From Squalus acanthias (taxonomy: Eukaryota): DNA of 64,000 nt. The DNA is taken from NCBI GenBank assembly GCA_030390025.1, contig CM059432.1:111106001-111170000 (forward strand). The letters are read 5' to 3'. Below, one piece after another: positions 46,249 through 58,689 of this stretch. The first letter of the stretch is position 1; each line of letters starts with the position of its first letter. Made by a program: the position numbers and the translations under genes. The notes beneath the pieces were generated by a model. The model did no database searches, was not told the DNA's origin, and saw only the letters and a program-made list of their open reading frames with translations.

Positions 46249-47364
46249 TGCAGCTGTCATTTTCTTAACTGCTCATTCCTGACTAATGCTGGCTGGCAGC
46301 AGTGAGCTGTTGCTGTTAGTGCAGGTGTGTGCTGTTTTTGTGTGAGGGTTGTTTCCACATTATGAATTCATCCCTGCAAACAGGAAGTTGATCAATTACA
46401 CTGCCCATGCCATAATAGATGCTTGTGAACAGGTAATTAGCCACTAAAATGCTTCCCGCTGGTTACTGTGCAAAACTCAGTGTGTGATCTCCATTCTACA
46501 GTGCTGGAAAATACAATGGCATGAGAGTAGGGCACACTAATTAACCTTGCACGCTCATGGCTTTGATGGTCATCATGTGTTCCTACTTGCCATCGGTACA
46601 TGGCGAGTACCCAGCTCACCTCTTCCTCCTTAATTACACTGCTCGGCTGGTTAAAGTGCTGATAGACTATCAGCAGCCATCAATGGAATTGCAAGTCTGT
46701 TATAACAAGGCACCGTGCACTAATCCATTATTTTTCTATCCATAGTTTTATAAAAACTTTGTTTGTGCATGCACTTCGTATTCGTTACACTTTAGTTGTC
46801 CCTCATACTTCAGATGTCACACGGGTGATAATTTTAACCTAACTCTCCCATCGGGAAATTGATGAGATCAGGTGCAATGCTGGTTTTACATTCCGCCCAA
46901 TTGCACTCTCCATTGAAATCAAGCTAGGGAGCAGAAAGTGAATGAGACATGACCACTGTCAATCGATAATTCGCCAGAAGGAATTCCCTCCCTAATGAGA
47001 GGGAACCATTGTGATCGCTCCTAATTAGTTAAGTTTGTTAATTTTATTGTTCCCACACTTTTCTTAGTATGTTTCACACTTGGATGGACAAACAATATCC
47101 CAAGAGAAACATCATAAAATAGATGAAAATTATTTAATCTGTGGCAAAAGCTTTGGCATCGCTCTGGGACCACTGGGGCTGGAATTTCACTAGAGCTTCC
47201 AATGGGATGAAACCTCCCCACTGAAATATTGGCATATGAAGATATTCAAATAAATATGTGAACACCTTTTTTCGAATATCACAAAAAGGAATCTTCTACA
47301 AACTCAATGGGTTGGATTTGCGTCCTCCCACTGGAGGAGAGTCATGTACGACTTTTGCCCTTTG

Positions 47365-47437
47365 CCTCTGAAGGATGGCATCTCTAAGAATGCAGCACTC
47401 CCTCAGTACTGCGCTGGAGTGGGGCTTGAACCCACAA
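47365..47437 (-). mobile_element. Deu-type SINE head fragment
   Basis: TGCAGCACTCCCTCAGTACTGCGCTGGAGTGGGGCTTGAACCCACA; minus strand carries B-box-like GGTTCAAGCCC. Confidence 0.5.
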
Positions 47438-47438
47438 A

Positions 47439-48645
47439 CATAGAATCATAAAATGATACAACACAGAAGGACGACATTCGGCACATCGTGCCTGTGCTGG
47501 CACTTTGGTAGAGCTATCCAATTAATCCCACTCCCTTGCTCTTTACCCATAGCCCTGCAAATTTTTCCTCTTCAAGTATTTATCCAATTCCCTTTTGAAA
47601 GTTACTATTGAATCTGTTTCCACGGCCCTTTCAGACAGCGCATACCAGATCACAACTGGGTAAAAAATGTTTCCTCATGTCGCTTCTGGTTCTTTTGCAA
47701 ATCCGAGTCCTTTGATTACTGACATTTCTGCCACTGGAAACTGTTTCTCCTTATTTACTCTATCAAAACCGTTCATGATTTTGAAAACCTCTATCAACTC
47801 TCCTCTTAACCTTCTCTGCTCTAAGGAGAACAATCCCAGCTTCTCCAGTCTCGCCACATAAATGAGGTCCCTCATCCCTGGTACCATTCTAGTAAATCTC
47901 CTCTGCACCCTCTCTAAGGCCTTGACATCCTTCCTAAAGAGTTGGACACAGTACTCCAGCTGAGGCCTAACCAGTGTTTTATTAAGGTTTAGCATAACCT
48001 CCTTGCTTTTGTACTCTATTCCTCTATTAATAAGGCCAAGGATCCGTTATGTTTTTTAACAGCCTTCTCAACTTGTCCTGCCACCCTCAAAGATTTGTGT
48101 ACATACACCCCCAGGTCTGTCAGTTCCTGCACCCCCTTTAAAATTATACCATTTAGTTTATATTGCCTCTCATCATTCTTCTTACCAAAATGTAGCACTT
48201 CACACATCTCTGTGTTAAATTTCATCTGCCATGTGTCTGCCCATTGCACCAGTCTGTCGATGTCCTCCTGAAGTCTGTTACTTTCGTATCATCTGCAAAC
48301 TTTGAAATTAATATATATCAAAAAGAGCAGTGTGGTCCTAATACTGACCCCTTGGGGAGACCACTGTTACTTCCCTCCAATCTGAAAAACAACTGTTCAC
48401 CACTACTCTCTGCTTTCTGTCCCATAGCCAGTTTTGTATTCACGCAGCCACTGTCCCTTTAATCCCATGGGCTTTAATTTTGCAAACAAGTCTATTTTGT
48501 CAAATGCCTTTTGAAAGCCCATAAACATCAGCATCAACCACACTACCCATATCAAGCCTCTCCATTACTTCATCAAAAAACTCGATTAAGTTAGTCAAAC
48601 ACGATTTGTCTTTAACAAATCCATGCTTACTTTCATTTATTAGCC
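47439..48645 (-). mobile_element. 5'-truncated, degenerate CR1 LINE (TTCTATGA-tail subfamily)
   Basis: Tail CATAGAATCATA at 47439. RT C-terminal fragments 47675-47995 and 48016-48249 are colinear with 3780-4890. Confidence 0.9.
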
Positions 48646-48862
48646 TTCATTTATTCCTCTTCCCTCTCAGAGATAGGAGAGCTAACTGAGTGATGCTGAC
48701 ATGTTATGAAAAGAATCTATTATTTATACATTTATAAATGTACATTGTAAGCATTGATAATGCCATCCTAAATGACTTATTTCAGCTACGCTAAGAAGTA
48801 AGAACTAAGAATTGGGTGATATCTAAATTGATTTATCTTTACTATATGGGCACATCCCAGCC

Positions 48863-51662
48863 GACTCCCTGCTCCAACATCGAAGATTCTTAATCGATAG
48901 ACTGTCTGCACCAACATCGAAGATTCTTAATCGATAGACTGTCTGCACCAACATCGATGATTCTTAATCGATAGACTGTCTGCACCAACATCGAAGATTC
49001 TTAATCGATAGACTGTCTGCACCAACAGCGACGATTCTTAATCGATAGACGCCCTGCACCAACATCGATGGTGTAAGGTTTCCAAAATTTACAGATCCCC
49101 AAAACCTAAGTAAAAAGGACTTTGGAACTACCTCAGAGTGATAAAAATGCATTTGGGCCTAAATAAGGAATATAAGTCCAAAACCCAAGTTTTGGCATTT
49201 TAAAAACATGTCTGGGCCTGTAAAGGGATAAAAGGCTGTGAAGGAAGTTGGGCTCGACCTCTGTAAAAGCAGTTTTGGGTATTGCAGTTAATTGCATTAT
49301 CTGGGGAACCGGGATGACCTCACTCAAAGCCCCAGCAAGCATTAACATTTTGACAATAGACCCTAGGAGAAGACAGTCCCACCCAAAACAACAGGTCCCA
49401 TCAAACCGATTACAGAACCCATTAAAGACATGCATAACGCAAATATTCTACAGAAGTCCAAGGCCCAGTCAAGAAACCCAAAGCATGAGGACAATTCAAA
49501 CTCCGATTAAACAACAGATTGACAGGATGGAGCTATCCTGAAACCACTTCACACATTTAAAAACCAGTTAACACGCTAGTAAAGTCGTTACTGTTAACGA
49601 GGCCGCCAATAATTAAAGGCCCGTTCTCAACAGTTCTCCAGTTCAGCAGTTACAACAGTTACAAGTTCGAGTTCTCCAGTAACAACAGTTCAAGCTCAAC
49701 AGAAGGCAGTTCTGCAGCTTTCAAGTTCAATTGAAAGCCTGTTTTCAGCAGAAGTCAGTGCAGGAGTTACAGAGTTCAGGAGAAGCAAGTTGGGCAGTTA
49801 AAGAAGACAGTTCAGTAAGAAGGGAGGTCTCCAGTTCTCCAGCACAACAGTTACAGTTCTGCAAGAAGGCAGTTCCACAGCTCGGAAGAAGACAGTTTAA
49901 TCAGAGGCAGAGTTCAACAGAAAGCAGTTCAACAAAGAAGGCCAACAGCTCCAGAAGCAGGCCTACACGCAAGAATAAACCAGAGCAACAGTTCCAGTGA
50001 CCATCGGACACCTCGCGGCAACACGGGCCTCACGAAACCTTTTACTCAAAAGACTCTAAACTCTAACTCTCAACTGTCAAGGATTCGTTTGGTGAGCATT
50101 ATCCCTGGTTCTCCAGAGTCCAACCTAGCTAGTGAAGTGGGATTGGGAGGGGTGAAGTATTCTCCTAATGTTATTTCACTCGCTTGTAACGAAGTGTTCC
50201 CCACTTTTAGAGTGTTAAGAGTATTTGTGCTGTGTTTTACTTTCTTGAATAAAGATCAAAGTTCTTTCATCAAACTCAGTTGTCTGCTGCACCTTTTCAT
50301 CACAACCCCCAAATAAGTCCAGGGTCTAGAACCAAGGGAGTGGGAGCGATTCGAACCGCTCAGAAGTCAGAGGTAAAGCTGATACAAAAACACCACCCCC
50401 TACAATGGTTCTTAATCGATAGACTGTCTGCACCAACATTGATGATTCTTAATCGATAGACTGTCTGCACCAACATCGATGATTCTTAATCGATAGACTG
50501 TCTGCACCAACATCGATGATTCTTAATCGATAGACTCCCTGCACCAACATCGATGGTTCTTAATCGATAGACTGTCTGCACCAACATCAACGATTCTTAA
50601 TCGATAGACTCCCTGCACCAACATCGATGGTTCTTAATCGATAGACTGTCTGCACCAACATCAACGATTCTTAATCGATAGACTCCCTGCACCAACATCG
50701 ACGTTTCTTAATCGATAGACTCCCTGCACCATCATCGACGTTTCTTAATCGATAGACTCCCTGCACCAACATCGACGTTTCTTAATCGATAGACTGTCTG
50801 CACCAACATCGACGTTTCTTAATCGATAGCCTGTCTGCACCAACATCAACGATTCTTAATCGATAGACTGTCTGCACCAACATCGACGTTTCTTAATCGA
50901 TAGACTGTCTGCACCAACATCGACGTTTCTTAATCGATAGACTCCCTGCACCATCATCAACGATTCTTAATCGATAGCCTGTCTGCACCAACATCAACGA
51001 TTCTTAATCGATAAACTGTCTGCACCAACATCGACGTTTCTTAATCGATAGACTGTCTGCACCATCATCAACGATTCTTAATCGATAGACTGTCTGCACC
51101 AACATCGATGATTCTTAATCGATAGACTGTCTGCACCATCATCAACGATTCTTAATCGATAGACTGTCTGCACCAACATCGATGATTCTTAATTGATAGA
51201 CTGTCTGCACCAACATCGATGATTCTTAATCGATAGACTGTCTGCACCAACATCAACGATTCTTAATCGATAGACTCCCTGCACCATCATCGACGTTTCT
51301 TAATCGATAGCCTGTCTGCACCAACATCAACGATTCTTAATCGATAGACTGTCAGCACCAACATCGATGATTCTTAATCGATAGACTCCCTGCACCAACA
51401 TCGATGATTCTTCATCGATAGACTGTCTGCACCAACATTAACGATTCTTAATCGATAGACTGTCTGCACCAACATCGATGATTCTTAATCGATAGACTGT
51501 CTGCACCAACATCGATGATTCTTAATCGATAGACTCCCTGCACCAACATCGATGATTCTTAATCGATAGACTGTCTGCACCAACATCGATGATTCTTAAT
51601 TGATAGACTCCCTGCACCAACATCGACGATTCTTATTCGATAGACTCTCTGCAAAAACATCG
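48863..51662. repeat. 37-bp minisatellite ACCAACATCGATGATTCTTAATCGATAGACTGTCTGC, ~5.5 units plus ~34 units, split by a solo LTR
   Basis: Head-to-tail units with no spacers at 48863-49071 and 50405-51662. Confidence 0.97.
49072..50404 (+). mobile_element. Solo LTR (1333 bp; Gypsy or ERV class unresolved; orientation tentative)
   Basis: Termini TGTAAGG...CCCTACA and 4-bp TSD ATGG (49068-49071 / 50405-50408). Repeat phase resumes exactly after it. AATAAA at ~50248; no coding capacity. Confidence 0.88.
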
Positions 51663-52280
51663 AGCATGTCAATTAACATTCTCTGATGTTGGTGCATCTT
51701 ATCTGTTTTCAGACTAATTGAAAAATATTACTTTACAAAACAAATTTTAAACCCTGATACAACCGCATGTTCAGGGTCACTGAATTTTAAAGACAGAAGA
51801 TTTTTCCTCAGAAAAATTTGAACAGGCCAAAAACATTTACAGTGGAGCCTTCATCATTTGTCTTTTTTTCTTTCTGCTTTTCTTTCTTTTTATCTGTGCT
51901 CCCACTGTTCTCCTTCCTCATTATCCAGGATGTTTGCTGGACTTTCTCACCTGATCGTGCATGAGCACCAAACACCTAATGTTAAACATAAGTGAACCTC
52001 AGAGCTCAAGAAAGATTATATTTGAATTCATGTCATTTGTGTTATATATTCTATTACCTTCATTCTTCTACCACACGTATAACTCCAAAATCTGGAAACT
52101 TGATTATCTGTCAATTTCCCTTATTCACCAGTGGGTCCCCTCCATCAATGCCAGATAACAGGGGTTCTGTGGTTTGTTACTTCTGGGCAGTGGATGTATT
52201 CCACAGGAGTTGCTTGACTGATTTCACCAGAGCGAATATTCTTGATGTCTTCATGTAGAAAATTGATGTCCTCTTCCTTT

Positions 52281-53021
52281 ACATAAGAACATAAGAACAT
52301 AAGAACATAAGAAATAGGAGCAGGAGTAGGCCAATCGGCCCCTCGAGCCTGCTCCGCCATTCAATAAGATCATGGCTGATCTGATCCTAACCGCCAATCT
52401 ACTATCTATCACAGAACCATCTCCTGCATCTAACAGAATTGCACACACGAAATAGGAGCAGAATCAGGCTACACAGTCCCTGGGCCCGCTCCACTACCCA
52501 CAGGGCCATGACCGATCCGAACCTAGACTCATGTCCAAATTCCTGCCCGCTCCCCGTAACCCTTAATGCCCTTTACTTCTAGGAAACTGTCTATTTCTGT
52601 TTTAAATTTAATTAATGTTGTAGCTTCTACAGCTTTTTGTGGCAGCATATTCCATGGACCTACCACCCTCTGAGTGAAGTAGTTCCTCCTCATCTCAGTT
52701 TTGAAAGAGCAGCCCCTTATTCTAAGACTATGTCCCCTAGTTCTCGTCTCACCCGTCATCGGGAACATCCTCCCCGCATCCACCCGATCCAACCCCTTCA
52801 CAATCTTATATGTTTCAATAAGATCGCCTCTCATTCTTCTGAACTCCAATGAGTAGAGTCCCAATCTACCCAACCTCTCCTCATATGACCACCCCCTCAT
52901 CCCCGGGATTAACCGAGTGAACCTTTTTTGCACTGCCTCGAGAGCAAGGATGTCTTTCCTTAAGTAAGGACACCAAAACTGTATGCAGTATTCCAGGTGC
53001 GGTCTCACCAATACCTTGTAC
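52281..53021 (-). mobile_element. 5'-truncated CR1 (double-tail subfamily), close relative of 42290-43010
   Basis: ORF 52529-53011 is almost identical to the C-terminus of 40965-42782. Same extended 3' UTR and (ATAAGAAC)n tail. Confidence 0.95.
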
Positions 53022-53041
53022 AGAAGATTCTTTAAATTCTG

Positions 53042-53207
53042 AGGGCAGATTTTACAAATTCACACTGCTGACACAGACCTTCACGTGCTGGGAGTGAATC
53101 TGAGGAGTTAGGGTGTGGCGATCAGCAGAAAATCCAGCATGGGTCCACTGACTTCAGTGCCTAAATTCCCCATCTGTTCTTCCAGCACAAATTTGTAAAT
53201 CTGCCCT
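53042..53207. mobile_element. 166-bp MITE
   Basis: Terminal inverted repeats AGGGCAGATTTTACAAATT / AATTTGTAAATCTGCCCT (one-base indel). TSD unclear. Confidence 0.7.
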
Positions 53208-53572
53208 ATGGTTTTCAAATGAAATGCATGAGATGAATTAAAAATTACCAATGTGTAATTCATAAAGTGCTAAACACTTTGGGGGTGAAATTGGATTGGG
53301 CCTGAAAACGGGCACGGGGAGTGCAAAGTGCAGTCCGCCTGCGCCCGCTCAAAGTGGTGCAGGTGGCACGCAAAGTTCTTGCTGCCTGCTCATTCTAATG
53401 ATTGGAGCACTGAGCCCAGCACTAAACATGGTGCTGGTTGGCTTAGCACTCAAGAGGGGTACAATATCGAGTGCAGTCTGCTGGCCAATAAAATTTTGCC
53501 TAAGCTCTCTGCACTTCTTAAAGGGGAGGTGCTTTGTTGCAGAAGCACCTCATTATCGCTCTGGGTGCAGCC

Positions 53573-55452
53573 ATGTTGCAACAGGAAATAGAAAGGGCAC
53601 GTCGCTTCTCAGGTGCGGCACTGGAGGCCTTGGTCCTGGGGGTAAACAGAAGAAGACGGGTTCTCTACCCATAGGGGGCAGGAGGCATTCCAGGCAGAAC
53701 GCCAGAAGGCAGTGGGGGGAGATAGCACAAGCCGTCAGTGCCACGTGTGTTGCCCCCAGGACCTGAATCTCGTGCCGCAAGAAAATTAATGACCTCACAC
53801 GAGTGGTCAAGGTGAATGAATGCATCTTCAAATGCTGTATTCCACTGACTGCACCACTAGCCTCACACACTGCTCAATGCACCACACCCCCATCACTCAG
53901 CTACCAACAGTCTCCAGCAATCATGACTCATACCTCACAATCATTGCTTCACCTCACCCTCACACATGTCGCACTGCTGCAAGCCTCACACCCACATCTC
54001 ACAGCTTGCACTCACTGCCAGCTATTCAACCATGACAGGCACATCACCCAAACATATTGCACCACACTCACTGACACACTCTCTCTTGCAGGCCAAGGTG
54101 GCGCACAACCAGCGTGAGCAGCAGCAGACAGGCGGGGCGGGGGGGGTGAAGCACGTCTTCAAAACCTTATTGCACTGAGGAGACGGTACTGGAGAGCATT
54201 GGAGGGGCCGTCACTGAGGCCGTGGCGATCGGCGATGTTGAAAGCATTGCTGATGATGGTATGCTCATACCTAATCCTTCTTCTCACATCCCACTTCCCC
54301 CTCCTCCCATGATCTCCTCACTTGCAAGCTGCTGATGGTGTAAGCATGGATATCTTGCTTCCCCCCTCCCCTCACCACAACAGAGCCCTTGTGCCTTTCT
54401 CCTTTCAGATACCCAAGGACTGCCCGCAGGCCAGCATGTCCCCGACGTAGTAGAGGAGGAGAGTGAAGGAGAAGAAGAGGCACCATCACTTGATTTGACA
54501 CTCCAAGGCCCCAGCTCAGAAAATGGCACTGCGCGCACTTTTAGAGGGTGGTATAGAGGTGGGATCTGCACCGGTGAGTCACCGGGCATGAGTGGGCTGC
54601 AGCCCGGCCAGGGGGAAATGGTAGCTCGGGTGCTAGCTCCCCAGAGGGCGAGTTCACACACGAGTTCTGCTGCAAAGGTCTCAGATGAGGACTTCAATGG
54701 GGCAGCCTTAAGGAGAAGGGTGATGAGCATTCACACAGAAATGCTAGGTGCAATGGCAGGCCTGCCAGAGAGCCTCTTGTCAATGTCAAGGAGCATGGAG
54801 GAGTCCAGCTCCAACATTGCATGGGGCTTTGCGCAGAGCTTGGAGCCCATGATTTCCAGGATGGAAGTGATGGCCAACTCCATTAGAGCACTTGTGGACT
54901 CAACCATGATGCTGCGTGTGACAGGCGATGTTGCAGCTTCCATTGCAGCACAAGTGGAAGCGACTCAATGTCTGTGTGCTGCGCTGGAAGCTCAGACTGA
55001 TGCCATCGTGGCTGGGTTTACAAGTGTGGAAAGGGGCTTGCAGGGTTTCACAGCAGTCCAGCAATCATGCTGCAACAGATTGCTAGGAATGCTGAGACGC
55101 CACCCTGGGCAGTGGCAGTGGCTTCGTGGAGCAGGAACCTGCTGTCCTCTCTCAGGATGACAGCATTCCTACTTCCATCACTGCCACTCCGCCAGTGCCC
55201 TTGCTGCTGCCTGTCATCCAGCCAGCCCAGACTGCTGCTGCCCATGCCGAGGTGGTGCTGTCTACAGCCAGGCGCTATAGGCACAGAGCTGATCGAGGTC
55301 GACCTGCAAGGCCAACTGCAGTATTCCCCACTGAAAGTCAGCAGCCTTCCACCAGCCATGCTGCAGCCACTGGGGTAGCACTGTGTAGGAGCACTAGAAT
55401 AGGCAAAGGAACACAAAAGACAGACAGCAAGGGAATGCACAAGGGTAATTAG
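53573..55452 (+). pseudogene. Harbinger Myb/SANT-like gene; exons 53573-53811, 54092-54258, 54409-~55452
   Basis: MLQQEIERARRFSGAALEALVLGVNRRRRVLYP*...QWGEIAQAVSATCVAPRT*ISCRKKINDLTRVVK|AKVAHNQRE. Exon 3 is homologous to 24741-25702 (PQRASS...VSDEDF, SIAAQVEATQ). Stops and frameshifts present. Confidence 0.82.
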
Positions 55453-55599
55453 TTGACTTCTGTAGTATTGGATTGATTCATTTGTAAATTATGTTTGGAA
55501 TGTTTGTTTTCTGGTGGCTCTCATTTCAGCTTTGTGACCAAGAGGACGCTGTGATATTCCGTGACAGAGGGACGGTAAGGTGGGAAAGTGTTGGGCAAC

Positions 55600-56724
55600 G
55601 GGGATCTGGGGTTTCATTCGGGGATCCGGAATCTGATGAGGCGCTCACAGACAGCCTGTCTGGAACGGGGATGTGCTGCCTGCCTCCTCCCTTCCTCCTC
55701 TTTCTCTTCATCCTCCTCCTCCTCCTCCTGAGGTGGTCGCAGAACCCGTGGTGGCAAGGGCTGCACCCTCATGATGGCCAAGTTGTGGAGGATACAGCAG
55801 ACCACCCCGAAATTGGACACCCACTCCAGCGTGTACTGAGGGCTCCTCACGAGTGGTCAAGGCAGTGGAACCATTGCTTTAGCACAACATTTGTCTGCTC
55901 GATGAGGTTCCTCGTGGCAGCATGGCTCTCATTATATGACTGCTGGGCATGAGTGGTGGGTTGCGGAGGGAAGTCATCAGCCAGGTGTAGAGCGGATAGC
56001 CCTTGTCTCTGAGCAGCCACCCTCGGATTCGACGTGATGGCTGGAAGATTGCAGGCGCAGGATGAAGGCAGGCATTGACCATCAGGAATCGCTGGGCGTG
56101 GTCGCACACCAACTGCACATTAAGTGAGTGGTACTCTCTGCGGTTGCGTAACATCTCAGAATTGATATGCGGCGCCCAGAAAGCCATATGTGTGCAGTCG
56201 ATGGTGCCCTGCACCATGGGGAAGCCCGCTATCCTGGCAAAGCCACATGCACACTCCTCCTGCTTCTCTCTGTTCAGAGAGAACACAATGAAGTCCCTTC
56301 TCCTGGAGTACAGAGCCTCTGTGACCTCCTGGATGCAGCAATGGATGGCAAACTGCGAGATATTTGCTATGTCTCCTGCTCCAGACTGGACGGTTCCGGT
56401 GACGAAAAAATTCAGGGCCACAGTGACCTTGAGGGCCACTGGCAGTGCTGTCATCGCCCTGCTCTGAGGCTGCAGGTCTGTTTCCAGGAGGTGGCAGAGT
56501 TCTGTGACCGCCTCCTTCGTGAAGTGAAGCCTTCGAATACACTGCTCCTCGCTTAAGTGGAGGTAGGAGAAGTGCTATTGGAAGACCTTAGGTGGGTGAG
56601 GCCTCCTGCTGAGAGCCCTCCTGCCCCTCCTCCTCCCTCCGTAAGCAGCTTGTCTTCTTTGCTACCTCTGCTCCCTCTCCCTGTCATGCTCCACCGCGAG
56701 GGGGGCTGCAACTAGAGCCCTCAT
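55600..56724 (-). pseudogene. Harbinger (HARBI1-like) DDE transposase, disrupted
   Basis: ATG at 56724; motifs GFPMVQGTIDCTH, YHSLNVQLVCD, WLLRDKGYPL, YNESHAATRNLIEQT, CCILHNLAI. Confidence 0.9.
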
Positions 56725-58009
56725 GACTGGGAGCAAGTGGCCTGAGTAGAACCCTTAAATTCAGAAGCAAGGCCTTCTCCACTTGCAGCACCACTCCCTG
56801 TCACCTCACAAACTTTAAATAACTGTAGGAAGCTCCAAACAGTTGCACAAAATTACACAGAGCCAGTAGTAATCAAAAAGCAAGTTGCTGATGATCCCTT
56901 TAAATACCACTGGTGGGGGATCGCTCGTGCAGTTGAACGTAAGTTCTGCTGTGCGCGATTTGGAGAGGTTGTACAGTCTGGCGGTGACGTCTAAAATAGC
57001 AGGTCGTGCATCAAATCAGCGTTGCACGCTGATTGACATCACGATCTGTCTCATTAGCATTCTTCTGGCAAACATAGGCAACGGCCGCGCTACCGACTTG
57101 CCCAAAATGGCGGCCGCCGTGGCTCGCACAGAAAGTGGGCGGAAGCAAGGCGGCGGCAATTTATTTGCCGAAACCGGCCATAACAGCCAGTGCTAAGGTG
57201 CCGAATTTCGCGACCTTTATATTCAAAGGGCACACCCCTAAATGAGTTTATTTTCCCTTTAAGTGAATATCTCCATTGATAAGGTACTTCTAGTCTAGCT
57301 TCTACTGTAATAAAATGCATGAGCTGCAAGTTCCTCAATAAATCTGACCTTGTTGTTGACAAATGTATCAAATCAAAAAAATGTCTTACAAATACATGAT
57401 ATAACCCTTCAAGATTAGATCAGTCACAGAACTCTATTTCCTTTCTGTCCATATTCTTTTAGTAGATGGAACATGATAATTGGAAAATATTTCCTCTCAA
57501 GGTCCTGTGTCATCACCACATCCATAGATTTGCACGTCAACCTTGGATGTAGGTAACCAGAGGAACGGAAAGAATATCATATTTCAGAAATAATGTGCAT
57601 AAGAACCCCATGAGCCGTAGTCTATCAAATCATTCTGTGATACACATCAGATACTGTGTTTATCTTCACAATAATAACATCTTATCTCTGAAGGACTCTT
57701 CGATTATGTTTCAGCAGCTTAATACAGCACTTTAATTGCTCACACTTCAGGCAAATCAGATTTCAAAAGATGAAGAAAGTTACAGTCTCAATTTAACTTT
57801 GCCAAAGATTTCAAAGACACCAGTAAAGCAAGGGAATAAACAGAAGTATGTAAGAGATATGGAATGAGATGGGGATGCGGCAGTGGTGTTGTACATTCAA
57901 GCCTCAGGCTATTGCACCATTGGGTGGTGGGCCAGAGTTTCAATCCTAATTTCAGCAGCATTGCTGTATGGAAGCAGTGAGCAAAAGTTGGGTATTCACC
58001 AAAGGGATG

Positions 58010-58660
58010 AGGCCAGAGGCAAAAATCCAGGCCTCAGCATTAACACCCACCCCCAGGACGGCAGGGAGAGAGATGGGGGGGGATTAAAAAGTGAAATACG
58101 CGCATCGCAACCCAAACCCACCACGCACGTGCCCACTGCCTTTTTTTACGGTGGCGGATATCGGCGCCTCCAATTATCCCGCCGTGGAGAGGATATGTAA
58201 ATCAGGCTCCTCTGATACAATTATCAGCTCCTGCACAGGTTTCCCAGGGGTCGTTACCAGGGTGGTTAAAGGTCAGGAGGCCCGATCTGAAGAAAGGTTC
58301 AGTGCTCCCAGCTGCTTTCTCAGTTCCCTCTAGAAAATGGTTTGGTGAGAGTGCTTGTCATGAGAGAGCTACCTGTACCGTCTGGAGCTGTTCTCACATG
58401 GCGTCATGGCTGCTTTTCATTGGACTTCAGAAGTAGAGGCAAATAAGCATCAACAGCAGCAAGGGCATGCTGTGGAGGGAGCTGCTGTTGATGCTTATCT
58501 GCAGAGAAGGGGGCAACACTGGGCTCAAGCTTGAGCTCGCAGTAGGCGATACCCACCTAACAGGGTCAAAAGACAGAGGCTCAGCTTCCGTGACCTGTTG
58601 GAGCAGCAGTGCTTACGAAGGTTTACAACAGAAGAGAAAGAGAATCACCATCCACAGCAG
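58010..58660 (+). mobile_element. Possible highly degenerate Harbinger left arm / Myb exon relic
   Basis: CpG-rich subterminal-like stretch, a TTAAAGG box at ~58266 and a weak QCLRRF motif at ~58607. Resemblance only. Confidence 0.2.
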
Positions 58661-58689
58661 CGACGATGTGCTGTGGTGGGATTAGCAGC

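Larger units (their letters stand above)
53281..57215. mobile_element. Second PIF/Harbinger transposon, two-gene type, defective
   Basis: Imperfect TIRs GGGGGTGAAATTG / GAATTTCGCGACC, flanked by TTT on both sides. Same architecture as 20458-27526. Confidence 0.88.

Noticed and set aside
45935..46282. 115-aa ORF with a Lys/Glu/Arg-rich tail
   Set aside because: The charged segment is just the GA-rich low-complexity tract.
48863..51662. CRISPR array (37-bp, partly palindromic repeats)
   Set aside because: Units are head-to-tail with no unique spacers, there are no cas genes, and the context is eukaryotic. The one interruption is an LTR with a TSD.
52145..52280. Coding-looking minus-strand peptide EEDINFLHEDIKNIRSGEISQATPVEYIHCPEV
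   Set aside because: Short, with no recognisable family or clear splice sites. The ORF start comes from the adjacent CR1 tail.
25990..56724. Host HARBI1 / NAIF1 / MSANTD genes
   Set aside because: Both gene pairs lie inside TIR/TSD-bounded elements and carry stops and frameshifts, so they are transposon copies.
57751..57845. Possible host exon (TTCAG|GCAAAT...CAGAA|GTATGT; ANQISKDEESYSLNLTLPKISKTPVKQGNKQ)
   Set aside because: Splice-like ends and an open frame, but no recognisable homology or partner exon. It would need RNA-seq or tBLASTn support.
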